Made by a program: the position numbers and the translations under genes. A model generated the notes under the pieces. That model saw nothing but the letters and a program-made list of their open reading frames with translations, was not told the origin of the DNA and searched no databases. Below are positions 26,388 through 38,126 of a DNA stretch of 64,000 bases, piece by piece. This stretch comes from Eledone cirrhosa (taxonomy: Eukaryota): assembly GCA_964016885.1 (NCBI GenBank), contig OZ024740.1:193812001-193876000 (forward strand), written 5' to 3'. Every line of letters begins with the position of its first letter. Within the stretch, counting starts at the first letter, position 1.

Positions 26388-27128
26388 GTCCGCTTATTCC
26401 TGAGAATATCGTAGGGTCAAAGTCCTCAAACACTTATACCAGTGGGTTCTGTCAGAAGCAACCGTCTCCAATTGATCCAGCTGGGTTCCCAAGTGAGACC
26501 AGCCAAGCTGATGGATGTTATCCAATCATCTTACCTTAAGTATTTTCTTCATGTCAGGAAATTTTCAACAATTGTCTCATCTATCTATTTATTAATTTCT
26601 AGAAAGTCAGTATTCCGTGTGTCATAATTCTCGACTATCATTGGTTCATAGGTTTCAAACGACTCCGCCCACCTCAACGACGCCAAACTGAAATTAATAT
26701 GCATAATGCCAATGAGGGAGTGAGAGGGGAGAGTGTGAACGCTATATGTGTCAGTGTAGAGACATGTGTGTGATGTGTGTGGAAATAAGAGGTAAACGAA
26801 AGCAATACCTATTAACGTGTATGCATGTGTATGTACGTGCGCGTATGTTTATGTGTGTGTGCGTGCGTGCAGCGTTCCACAGAAAGTAAAAGCTATCAAC
26901 ATGTGTGAGTGTGTGCGTGTGTAAGTTTGCATGCGTGTGCGCGTTTCCATGCGTGTATGTGTGTGTACGTGTGGCGTTCCACAATCGCCACGCAGTTTAT
27001 CTGTCTGTGTGCCTGTCTGTCAGTCTAACATACACAGAGTTGTGAAGGGAGTAAATAGGGACCTCTCTTTACATTAACGGATATCTTTTATATTTATTAT
27101 TGTGTCATTTTTTGACAATTGCTCGAAA

Positions 27129-30100
27129 TGAATACTGATAATAAAAGCAATTCGACTTTATCAAACAGTGAACTACAGCGGCCACAGCGTGAAGCCAGGA
27201 ATGAAGAAACGGGCCGAACAGCGCCATGAACGCCGAACTTCAGGTGCGAAGACGTGCCTCCATGAAGGAAGAGGGGCTGACTGAACAACGCCAACGAAAC
27301 ACTGGAGCCAAGCAACGACGGCGTGCTGCGATTGTTGAAGACGAACTGGCAGAGCATCATCAGCAGATGGCTAGAATTCAGCAGCAACGGCGTGCTGCGA
27401 TGGGTGAAGAGGTGCTGGCTGAACAGCGCCAGCACAATACAGAAGTTCAGAGAATGTGTCGCCAAAGTGCTCCTCATTCCAGTAAAGAGGCTAGAAGGCG
27501 AACGAATGATATTAAAAATGGATCATGGCAACCGTTGCATTTTCAGATTGGTGGACGCGCAGAGTGTCCACATTGTGGAGCATTGCCTTTGAGGCACGAA
27601 AAGACGTGGACCACAATGTGCTGTCATAAAGGAGCAGTTCAACTATAACCCTTGCGAATGCCGGATGATGAGGAGTCACCGGTGTTTAAAATACTAAGTA
27701 TGTGGGGGCATCAAGGAGACCGAGGTAGATATTCGCGGCAAATTAACAATTCCTTAGCTTTAGCATCGTAGAGAGTTAGTGAGATGTTTGAGAGTAGAGC
27801 ATGGCAACCGAACGTAGTCATTCAAGGCCGTTTGTATCATTGTATCGTTAATTTAGAAGTTACTCCAGGAGAGAGGCCTCGTTTCGCTCAAATTTACGTT
27901 AACGATCCAGATTCTAGTGAATCGGAGGAGGATATCAGGATCGGTTGGATGAAGTTGCCGTGAAATATAACTGAACTTGAACGGCAAAGGTTAAGTGATT
28001 TTATCCGTGATTTGCAATCATGGCTTAGACAGTGTAATCCTTATGTTATGGATTTCATGTTGGTGGCTGAACTGCAAAATGTTCAGCAGCAAACATTGGT
28101 GATTAAGGCTGACGCAGTGACAAGGAATTAACACGAACGGCGATATAATGCCCCTGAAGGATTTCGTGAAGTTACTGTGTTGATGGACGATAAGCCTGGA
28201 TCGAGAGATATCGTCCTCAATCGCAGAGATGGTGGTCTCAAGACGATCAATGAATCAAATAGGGCATACGATCCATTGCATTATGTTCTTTTATTCCCAA
28301 AAGGTGAAAATGGATGGAACATGTCTGTTCATTTAGAGGATCATGAGAATCAGCATCAACAGGGAGGTAGCAAGAAACACAATAATTCGATTCGCGACTT
28401 TAACGCGTTCCATTTGAACGAGAGGAATCAACAGAGAAATGCACTATTTGAAGCCAGCAGATTGTTCCAGGAATACTGTTGTATGGCATTCGCAAAGATC
28501 GAAAATCAAAGGCTAAATTATATAGCTACACATCAGCAACATTTCAGAGCTGAATTGTATAATAATATACAGGATGCGATAACAGCCGATGATGCCAATT
28601 ACAAGCAAATTGGTCGACGCATCATTTTGCCATCGTCGTTCATCAGTGGCCCGAGATATATGAGGATTCTCTATCAGGGTGCAATCGCTATTGTCAGAAA
28701 GTTTAGAAAGCCAGATTTGTTTATAACGGTTACATGAAATCCTGAATAGACTGATATTAAGGATGCACTTTTGCCAGGACAACAGCCAAAGGACCATCCT
28801 GATATTGTGGCAAGATTATTCAAAGGATATCTGAAAAAGATAATGGATGATGTGGAAAAAGAAGGAATCTTTGGAGGTATATTTTACATACGTAATTGAA
28901 TTCCAAAAAAGAGGATTTCCCATGCACATTTGCTGATCATTTTACATAGAGATTGCAAATTGAGATGTGCTGAGGATGTCGACAGCATTGTGTGTGCTGA
29001 ACTGCCGGAGAGGAGGCACTATGCAACTTGGTGGCAAAGTCAATGGTGCACAACCAATGCGGAGTGGCATATCGGAAAGCGCTTTGCATGGAAAATGGCC
29101 AATGCAGTAAGCACTTTCCGAAATCTTTTGTCACGAACACTTCCTGGAACGATGGGGATGCTCATCCCTCATACAGAAGACGGTCATCTGCAGATTCTGC
29201 GGTTTTGTCGAAAATGTAAACGGTCGACAGTTTACAAATCAATGGGTTGTGCCATACAAACCATATTTGATTATGAAATATAGTTGTCATATTAATGTGG
29301 AAATTTGTAGCTCAGTGAAAGCTTGCAAATATCTATTCAAATATGTTTACAAAGGTCATGATCGGGCAATGATCAATGTGAGGAATGAGGAAGCGAACCA
29401 AGGAGATGGAGTTGGCAGGTTCCAGGATGTTCGCTCGATTGGATCTAGCGAAGCTTGCTGGAGATTCTTTGATTTTGATCTCAATGAACGCAAACCCAGC
29501 GTTCAGAAACTGACGATTCACTTAGAGAATAGGCAAATGGTCTGTTTTCAGGACACTAGAAGATGTGTCGAAAGAATTGCTAACGCACCACCTCCTAAGT
29601 CGGAATTGACTGAGTGGTTCAAGCATAATAGGGAACATGCTTTGAAACCGGATGAAAGGCAACTCTACTTCGATTTCCCTTCGCACTATACGTGGGATAA
29701 GAAGGGAAAGAAATGGAATGATAGAAAAAAAAGTTGAGATTCATGAATATTGGACGGGTTTGTAATGTCTATCCAGCATCTGGTGATGTGTTTTATCACC
29801 GAATTCTGTTGCATTATGATTTTTCGCTGATTTGAAAACAATCAATGGCGTGGAATATGAAACATACCAGGCTGTGTGTCAGCATCTGGGACACCTTCAG
29901 GATGACGCTGAATGAAATAAGGCCATGGAAGCTGCAGGAACAACACAGATGCCAGCTCAAATAAGGCAGTTGTTTGTCACGATTCTAAGATTCTACAATC
30001 CTTCCGATCCAAGAGAGTTATTTGAACGCCATTGGAGAATTATGGCTGATGATTTTAGGTTTCATCTTCAGGTCGATGTTGAAAATTTGATGAAAGCTAT

Positions 30101-31851
30101 TGTTTTGCTCAATATTGAGTAACTGCTTGAAGTTCATTTGAAATGTTTAACAGATTTCAATTTGCCAATTCCTGATGGAGAAATGCGGCAACGTATCTTA
30201 GCATTGAACATGAGAGTGCAGCTTAGACGGTTGCCACTCGATCGGAGTGAACTATTCCAGTTTTATCCACTGGAATAGTAACGTATTGTCGATGAACGTA
30301 TGCCAATGTTGACTCAATCTCAGAGAGATTGCGTTCTCCACTCGATTTACACTAATGAGCAACTTTGTGCTTTCATAGATGCTCCAGGAGGCACCGGAAA
30401 TACATTCTGTTTCAACACTATGTTATCGGCAGTCAGAGCTCAGAGGAAGATTGCTCTTCCTGTGGCTTCCAGCAAATATCTGTGTGCCATTGGAGCTCGT
30501 CCCAAATAATCAGAGACGTATTGCGTATAAGGCCCGCGAGTTCACTTTTTCCTGTAATGTTACATACACTCAACTCATCCGGACCCAATGGAGCCTTGAA
30601 GCATGAGTGGAAGGTCCTGCCACCACTCAGCAAAGTGGCAGTGAACCCACTGTTCACTTCCACTTTGCTGAGTGGTGGAAGGACCTTCCACTCATGCTTC
30701 AAGGCTCCATTGGGTCCGGATGAGTTGAGTGTATGTAACATTACAGGACAAAGTGAACTCGCGGGCGTTATACGCAATACGTCTCTGATTATTTATGCCG
30801 AGATCTAATGGCACACAGATATTTGCTGGAGGCATTGGACAGAACTTTGAGAGATATCTGCGGTAGTGACCTGCCATTCGGTGGTAAGACTATCGTTCTT
30901 GGTGGCGATTTCAGACATGTGCTACCAATTGTTAGGAATACTCAAAGAGCGCAAATTCTCGATGCATGTCTGAAAAAGTCCCCGTTGTGGTGCCATTTCA
31001 GAGTTTTGCGATTACACGATAATATGCGACTTCGTATGTTCGGGCAAAACGAAGAGGCTGAGACATACGGCCGATGGTTGGTGCAATTGGGAAACGATGA
31101 ATTGCCACACGTTGGTGATAATCAGACTGTAAGAATCCCAGACCATTTGGTCATGCCACTGGACCGCCAAGCATTGATTGACTGGGTATTCCCTAATTTG
31201 AACGCTTTTTGGCAGAATATCTCCTGCATATCGGAACGCGTTATTCTAACTCATACGAATGCAACGGTCGATGAAATAAATTCACAAGTAGCCGGAATGT
31301 TTCCTGGAGAGGAATGATTGACCGTCAGTGCGGATGCAATGGAGCCTAATCAGCAGAACAATATGGATGTTCCGACTGAGTATCTGAATTGACTTCAAAT
31401 ACCCGGATTTCCTCCACATATTTTGAGGTTGAAAAGAGGTATGGCAATTATATTGCTTAGAAATATCAATCATAAAATGGGTCTTTGCAATGGTACCAGA
31501 TTTATTGTTGAGAGATTGATTAACGGAAGAGTTTTAGAAGCTAAACTCCCAGGCAGAGAGGAATCGGTTCTCATTCTGAGGATCATGCTGAGACCAGGTG
31601 AAGATCTGCTGCCATTCATTTGGCAAAGGAGACAGTTTCCCGTCAATTTAGCCTTCTCCATGACTGTCAACAAGGCACAGGGACAGATTTTCAGGCGAGT
31701 CGGTGTCTACTTGAATGATCCAGCATTCAGCCATGGGCAACTGAATGTTGTTGCATCTCGAGTATGCGATCCTGATGGTATTAAATTTGCAATTAATACC
31801 ACTAACAGAGGAACAAACCTGCATATTTTCTGTAATGAAGCTTTAAGCTGA
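27129..31851 (+). pseudogene. Helitron Rep (HUH)-Pif1 helicase pseudogene
   Basis: N-terminal ~22-aa Q/R/E repeats; CPHCGAL..CCHKG zinc finger; AYDPLHYVLLFPKGENGW; ILPSSFISGPRYM; PDLFITVT*NP; EFQKRG.PHAHLL; KYLFKYVYKGHD; DAPGGTG; LGGDFRHVLP; RRQFPVNLAFSMTVNKAQGQ; FSHGQL. Many stops and frameshifts. Confidence 0.95.
30465..30833. repeat. Inverted duplication (~180-bp arms, 5-nt spacer) inside the helicase
   Basis: 30465-30646 is the reverse complement of 30652-30833; centre GTGAAC-CCACT-GTTCAC. Confidence 0.95.
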
Positions 31852-32961
31852 TGTATGCATATCTTTAATGCTATCAATAAGCGACGTAAATGATTCGGAC
31901 ATTGGTGCCCCTTGATCAGTATTGTGAACTTTTACAGAGTTATCATTTATGTTCAATGTTATTTAATGTCGTTATGAGCAATAAAAACAAACAAGTATTG
32001 GTAAAAATTGCTTTAACTGATGTGTTGCGCAATAAATACCAACAAGTATTGGTAGAAATTGCCTTCACTGCTATGAATATTCGACGTAAATGATTCAGAC
32101 ATTGGTGCCCTTTCATCAGTATTGTGAGCTTTGACAGAGTTATCATTTATGTTCAATATCATTTATTGTCGATAATGAGCAATAAAAACCAACAAGTATT
32201 GGTAGAAATTGCCTTCAAATTTATCGCTTCTGATAGCGGTGGTAATAAAACCTCATCATATGCTGGGTCTGGCAAAAGGTTTTGTGCCTATGTCATGGCC
32301 GGCCAGGGCTAGAGTAATATTGAAAAACGATTCTATTTTCGAAGTAGAAGGATCCGGCATTTGGAGTTCAAACCAGGCCACCTCCCCGGGTTGAACTCTG
32401 GGCAACATTGACTGTCTATTGCTCAGTGGCTAAGAGCCTGGAAATTACTGAATAAATTTTTGTGTCATATGATTTATTGTTTTATTATTATATCTGACCA
32501 CATATAGATAAGCTTGTTATCCATATCCATATAAATTTGGCATTTGTATAAACCATTTCAAGTAAATAGGGACCTTTTTTACATTGACGGACATCTTTTA
32601 TATTAATTATCTATATCTATATTTAATATAAAAGATTGGAACTTCCATCATCCTTTTGAGAAACGTGGAACAACCACGTCTATGCAATGATACACGTTTT
32701 ACAGTCAAGCAGAAAATGAACCATCTCCTAGAGGTCACTATTCTAGGGGGAGCACCTAGAATTGTTCATATACTATCCACAAACGGTACAACGAAGAATC
32801 TGCTTTATCTGGAAGATTTTCTTTACTGTTTTTGGTATCACACAGACACCACGGACTCACCTCATACTGTAATCAGACAAACATCCAATACAGTCATGTT
32901 CTCTTTTACCAGTCTTCTCTTATCATCTGTTTACCCGGGCGAAGCTGGGTACGTCAGCTAG

Positions 32962-34314
32962 TTTATTTATTAATTTCAAGAAAGTCAGTATTCCGTGTGT
33001 CACAATTCTCGATTATCATTGGTTCATAGGTTTCAAAAGACTCCGCCCACCTCAACAACGCCAAACTGAAATGAATATGCATAATGCCAATGAGGGAGTG
33101 AGAGGGGAGAGTGTGAACGCTGTGTTCAATAACTATTAACATGTGTGCGTGTGTATGTACGTGCGCGTATGTTTATGTGTGTGTGCGTGCGTGCAGCGTT
33201 CCAAAGAAAGTAAAAACTATCAACATGTGTGAGTGTGTGCGTGTGTAAGTTTGCATGCGTGTGCGTGTTTGCATGCGTGTATGTGTGTGGCGTTCCACAA
33301 TCGCCACGCAGTTTATCTGTCTGTGTGCCTGTCTGTCAGTCTAACATACACAGAGTTGTGAAGGGAGTAAATAGCGACCTTACTTTATTTGACGGACATC
33401 TGTTATATTTATTATTGTGTCATTTTTTATACACTATGTATATGTGTCAGTGTAGAGACATGTGTGTGTATGATGTGTGTGGAAATAAGAGAGGAATGAA
33501 AGCAATAACTATTAACATGTGTGCGTGTGTATGTACGTGCGCGAATGTTTATGTGTGTGTGCGTGCAGCGTTCAACAGAAAGTAAACACTATCAACATGT
33601 GTGAGTGTGTGCGTGTGTAACTTTGCGTGCGTCTGCGCGTTTCCATGCATGTATGTGTGTGGCGTTCCACAATCGCCACGCAGTTTATCTGTCTGTGTGT
33701 CTGCCTGTCAGTCTAACATACACAGAGTTGTGAAGCGAGTAAATAGGTACCTTTCTTTTATATTTATTATTGTGTCATTTTTTGAAAATTGCTCGAAATG
33801 AATACTGATAATAAAAGCAATTCGACTTTATCAAACAGCTGACCACTTATAGATAAGCATGTTATCCATATCCATATTAATTTGGCATTTGTATAAACCA
33901 TTTAAAGTAAATAGAGACCTTTTTTTACATTGACGGTCATGTTGTATATTAATTATCTATATCTATATCTACATATAATATAAAAGATTGCAACTTCCAT
34001 CATCCTTTTGAGAAACCTGGAACAACCACGTCTATGCAATGATACACGTTTTACAGTTAGGCAGAAAATCAACCATCTGCTAGAGGTCACTATTTTAGGT
34101 GGGAGCACCTAGAATTGTTCATATACTATGCACAAACGGTACAACAAAGAATCTGGTATATCTGGAATATTTTTTTTACTGTTCTTTGTTTCACACAGAC
34201 ACCACGGACTCGCCATATACTGTAACCAGACAAACATCCAACACAGTCATGTTCTCTTTTACCTGTCTTCTCTTATCGTCTGTTTACTCGGGCGAAGCTG
34301 GGTACGTCGGCTAG
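32962..34314 (+). mobile_element. Non-autonomous Helitron, internal deletion derivative of the upstream element
   Basis: Same 5' sequence. At ~33839 sequence equivalent to 27166 joins sequence equivalent to ~32494. It ends with the hairpin and CTAG at 34311-34314. Confidence 0.9.
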
Positions 34315-34786
34315 TCTATATATTAATTTCAACAATGTCAGTATTCGGTGTGTCATAATTCTCGATTATCATTGGTTCATAAGTTTCAAACGACTCCGCC
34401 CACCTCAACGTCACCAAACTTAAATTAATATGCATAATGCCAATGAAGGAGTAAGCGGAGAGAGTAAGAAACAGAGAGGCAAAGCGAACGCTGTAACTAT
34501 TACCATGTGTGCGTATGTATATACGTGCGCGTATGTTTATATGTATGTGCGTGCGTGCAGTGTTCCACAGAAAGTAAAACTATCAACATGTGTGGAGTAT
34601 GTGTGTGTGTGTAAGTGCACGGGTGTAAGTATCTGGAAGATTTTTGTTTACTGTTTTTGGTATCACACAGACACCACGGACTCGCCTCATACTGTAACCA
34701 GACAAACATCCAATACAGTCATTTTCTCTTTTACCTATCTTCTCTTATCATCTGTTTACCCGGGCGAAGCAGGGTACGTCAGCTAG
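34315..34786 (+). mobile_element. Shorter non-autonomous Helitron of the same family
   Basis: Starts TCTATATATTAATTTC; ends TACCCGGGCGAAGCAGGGTACGTCAG-CTAG (34783-34786). Confidence 0.88.
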
Positions 34787-35679
34787 TATATATAAAACTG
34801 AGGATGTTTGTCTCTGTGTGTGTGAGTTTGAATCCCTAAATCTCGAGAACCACCCAGCCAACTGTGTTCAAACATTACACATGTAATACTTATGTTTCAG
34901 GGAGTGTTCTGAGCACAACAAATTTCAAATTTCCAATGCCCTAGGGACCACATTAGGCGATTTAGTGATCTCTCTCTATAATTCTTAGTCTTTCTCTTTT
35001 TAGATAGATACATACATATAACGTCGCGCCCTTATAATATCTGTCAGTATGTCTGGCTGTCTGCATTACGTCACTTCCCAGAGGATGTCTTTGATGATTT
35101 TGAATCCCTAAAACGCGAGAAGTACCCAACCGATTTTTTTCAAACTTTACTTGTGTATTACTTATGTTTCAGGGAGTGTTATGCACATAAATTCAACTTG
35201 TTCATACTCTAGGGCCCGCATTAGGTGAAAAACTGCGTTTTTAAAGCTTTTTAGGGGTTTTTGAGGCCTTACGTCAGAGCGATTTCCTTGAAATAGTAAT
35301 TATGTATTAGTCAGTCTCTTCTTCATACCGTGAGCAAAGGAAATCCAACTTTTTTATGGCCTTAAGTGAAAAACTTCATTTTTTCAGTTTTTTAGGGCTT
35401 TTTGGAGGCGTTACGTCTAGCCGATTGTTCCCGAAATTTCAAGGCATATTATGCACATAAAAAAAACATTATTTTCTTGATCCTCTAGGGCCCGCATTAG
35501 GTGAAAACCTCCATTTTTCCTGCTTCATCGAGGAAAATGTTAAAGATTATCCAGCCATCAGAGTATTCAGTTTTTTTTATATATTGTCCAGGCATGCAGT
35601 TTTTCCATGATTAGGTCTGTTGGCGGCCCGCCTTCCAAAATACATTATCCCGTGCAACGCCGGGTAGTACCACTGCTAG
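34787..35679 (+). mobile_element. Non-autonomous Helitron of a second family
   Basis: Starts TATATATAAAACTGAGGATGTTTGTCTCTGTGTG; has internal repeats; ends CCCGTGCAACGCCGGG..CTAG|T (35676-35679). Confidence 0.78.
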
Positions 35680-35866
35680 TTCATTATAAATTTTCAATGA
35701 GATGAAAACCCCAACTTCACTGATATCCAATGATCTATTGACGGGAATTACAAAGGAGAATTGTACACTTTGTTCTGAAAAACATACTAAATTTCTTGCC
35801 GATTGACACACATACAAACATACAAACGCACACACACATACACATACATACACATACACACACATA

Positions 35867-35967
<101 letters not shown>

Positions 35968-37937
35968 TTACGCTAAATTGTTTTCAATCTTATTTAGACT
36001 AACTTTACATTTTAAATCCAAAGTAGAATACCGTTACACAATAGTACCAACAAACTTATCGAAACACACAACCACGTTGGTGTATGTCGATGATAGTTTC
36101 TGTGTACTATTCTAATTGATTGCAGCAAACAAGTTATGAAAATATATTTAGAGCAAATCATTTTCTTACAATCATGTATATATATTTGAGCTTTTATTTC
36201 ACAACTCTTCGTATTAATTATACGGTCAAACCATTAATAAACAAAATATACCTCTTAATAATTACAATTATTACTGGAAAGAATGATTAGACAATATTCT
36301 CATATGTATTCCTATCGATATCATTAGAGGCTTAGAAACAAATTTCATCTTGTATTCAAAATGTTTGATCCCTCAAGAATGAGGGATTGGTCCTGAGATT
36401 TGTTAATTAGTTTGACTGGAAGCTGAAGCCTCTTAAATTCAATGTTTTGACACCACACAAAGAATAATTTTTTAATTGCGAATATGGCGAATTCATACGT
36501 CAGTATTTTTGGACAAAATTTTAAACTAATTTTTAAAATGTTAAATAGTTGTATGTGTCATATATTTCTCAAAGACAATTAATGGAGAAAAAGACGTAAG
36601 CTACAAGTGGTTTAAATTGCACATTAGATCAGATCCATCAAATTGCTTATGTTTCAGATCTTGTATCAGAAATACATAGGCTATTAATTTCTTAGTGAAA
36701 GTGTATCATTCCTAAATGTGATCCCATTACACGACTTATACTATATTTTATCGATGTTACAATGATTTGAAAAGAAGAAATTAGAACGCAGACCTCGGTG
36801 CTGAATGAAATTTATATGGGACAAGGCTGATATATTTTTAGGAAATGGATTAACTTCACTAGGGTTTGGCCTACCAGGAGTTTAATTCTTGCTGCTATCT
36901 ATTCAGAAAATATTGCTTTTATTAAATTTCCCTACAGCACAACGCTAACAATTAAATATTTTTTATCAATGTACAGAGGTATTCTTAACTAATTTATCAA
37001 TAAATCATACCAAAATTACATTACACAACAACATAATTTACAATCCTGAGATTAATTTCAATTTAAACAGTACATTCTTTGTACCCAGAGGTTTTACGAC
37101 AATAGATTTCTTTCTCTTTATCATTGACAGCTTGATTGCTCAGAACTCGCAACACAACAAACTAATCACCAATAATCTGTATGTCATTATAACCCTTCAT
37201 ATTAATGGAAATAATTGTTATATTATCTGAATACACATGGACAATTAATTGTATGAAGGGCAAACGAATAACTCCATTAACAATCGGTATAAGATCTACT
37301 GTCACAATCTCACTTTGGCTAATTTAATGATTGTAATTTTTTTTTTTCATTTTCCAGATAATATATTGTTCCTTTTCCATGTGTTTGTTCATGTCACTGG
37401 AAAATCGATTTTCTGAACATTTAGTTATAATGTTGGGGTTATCCTTTTCATTCATTCTTTAAATGATAATATCTAGGGAATAGTCAGCAGAAATAGTGAA
37501 AACAATTTTCAATTTTCATTTCTCGTCATTCCCTGTAGTGATGCACTTTCCGAAATTAAAATACCATTGCTCGAAGGTACGGACGATTAGACGCTGGAAC
37601 ATAGAACATGTTTTTGCAATATTGAAGAGTCTTTTGATTTAGCCATGTAAAAAGACAATACACATTTACACCCATCCATGTTGCCGTATTAATAGCTAAC
37701 TAACTATACTTGTGTCTTCTACACGAAAAGATATGTTCCAATTTTCTTTCTTGTCTTATTCTCTTCTGTCTGTCTATGACTTCCTCATTCTCATTCAGCT
37801 GAAAGATTATCGCCCAAATAATTAAGAGCATTTTCCTATTATATCAATCGTTAAACTAATATATAATCATAATTTTACTGTATTGCTCTCCCGTGTTGTT
37901 TTTTATTATTGACTTTTCTAATGATTATATTGATATA

Positions 37938-38126
37938 ATAATTGTTTCTACTTTTTGGCACAAGGCAGGAATTACCCAGTACATTACTGGTACTTTATTT
38001 TATCGACCTCTGCATGGATGAAAGGCAAAGTTAATCACGACGGGATTTGAACTCAGATCGTAAAGGGACTTAACTATGCTGGAAAGCATGTCCGACCCTC
38101 TACCGATACTGCCAATTCACCGCCCT
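37938..38126 (-). mobile_element. tRNA-derived SINE
   Basis: Same family as 5688-5872 (ATTGTTTCTACTTTTTGGCACAAGGC..ACTGGTACTTTATTTTATCGACC..GGATTTGAACTC..CACCGCCC). Confidence 0.85.

Larger units (their letters stand above)
26580..32961 (+). mobile_element. Helitron, full-length but decayed
   Basis: 5' A|TCTATCTATTTATT; internal Rep-helicase relic; 3' GC hairpin TACCCGGGCGAAGCTGGGTA followed by CTAG (32958-32961). Confidence 0.9.
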
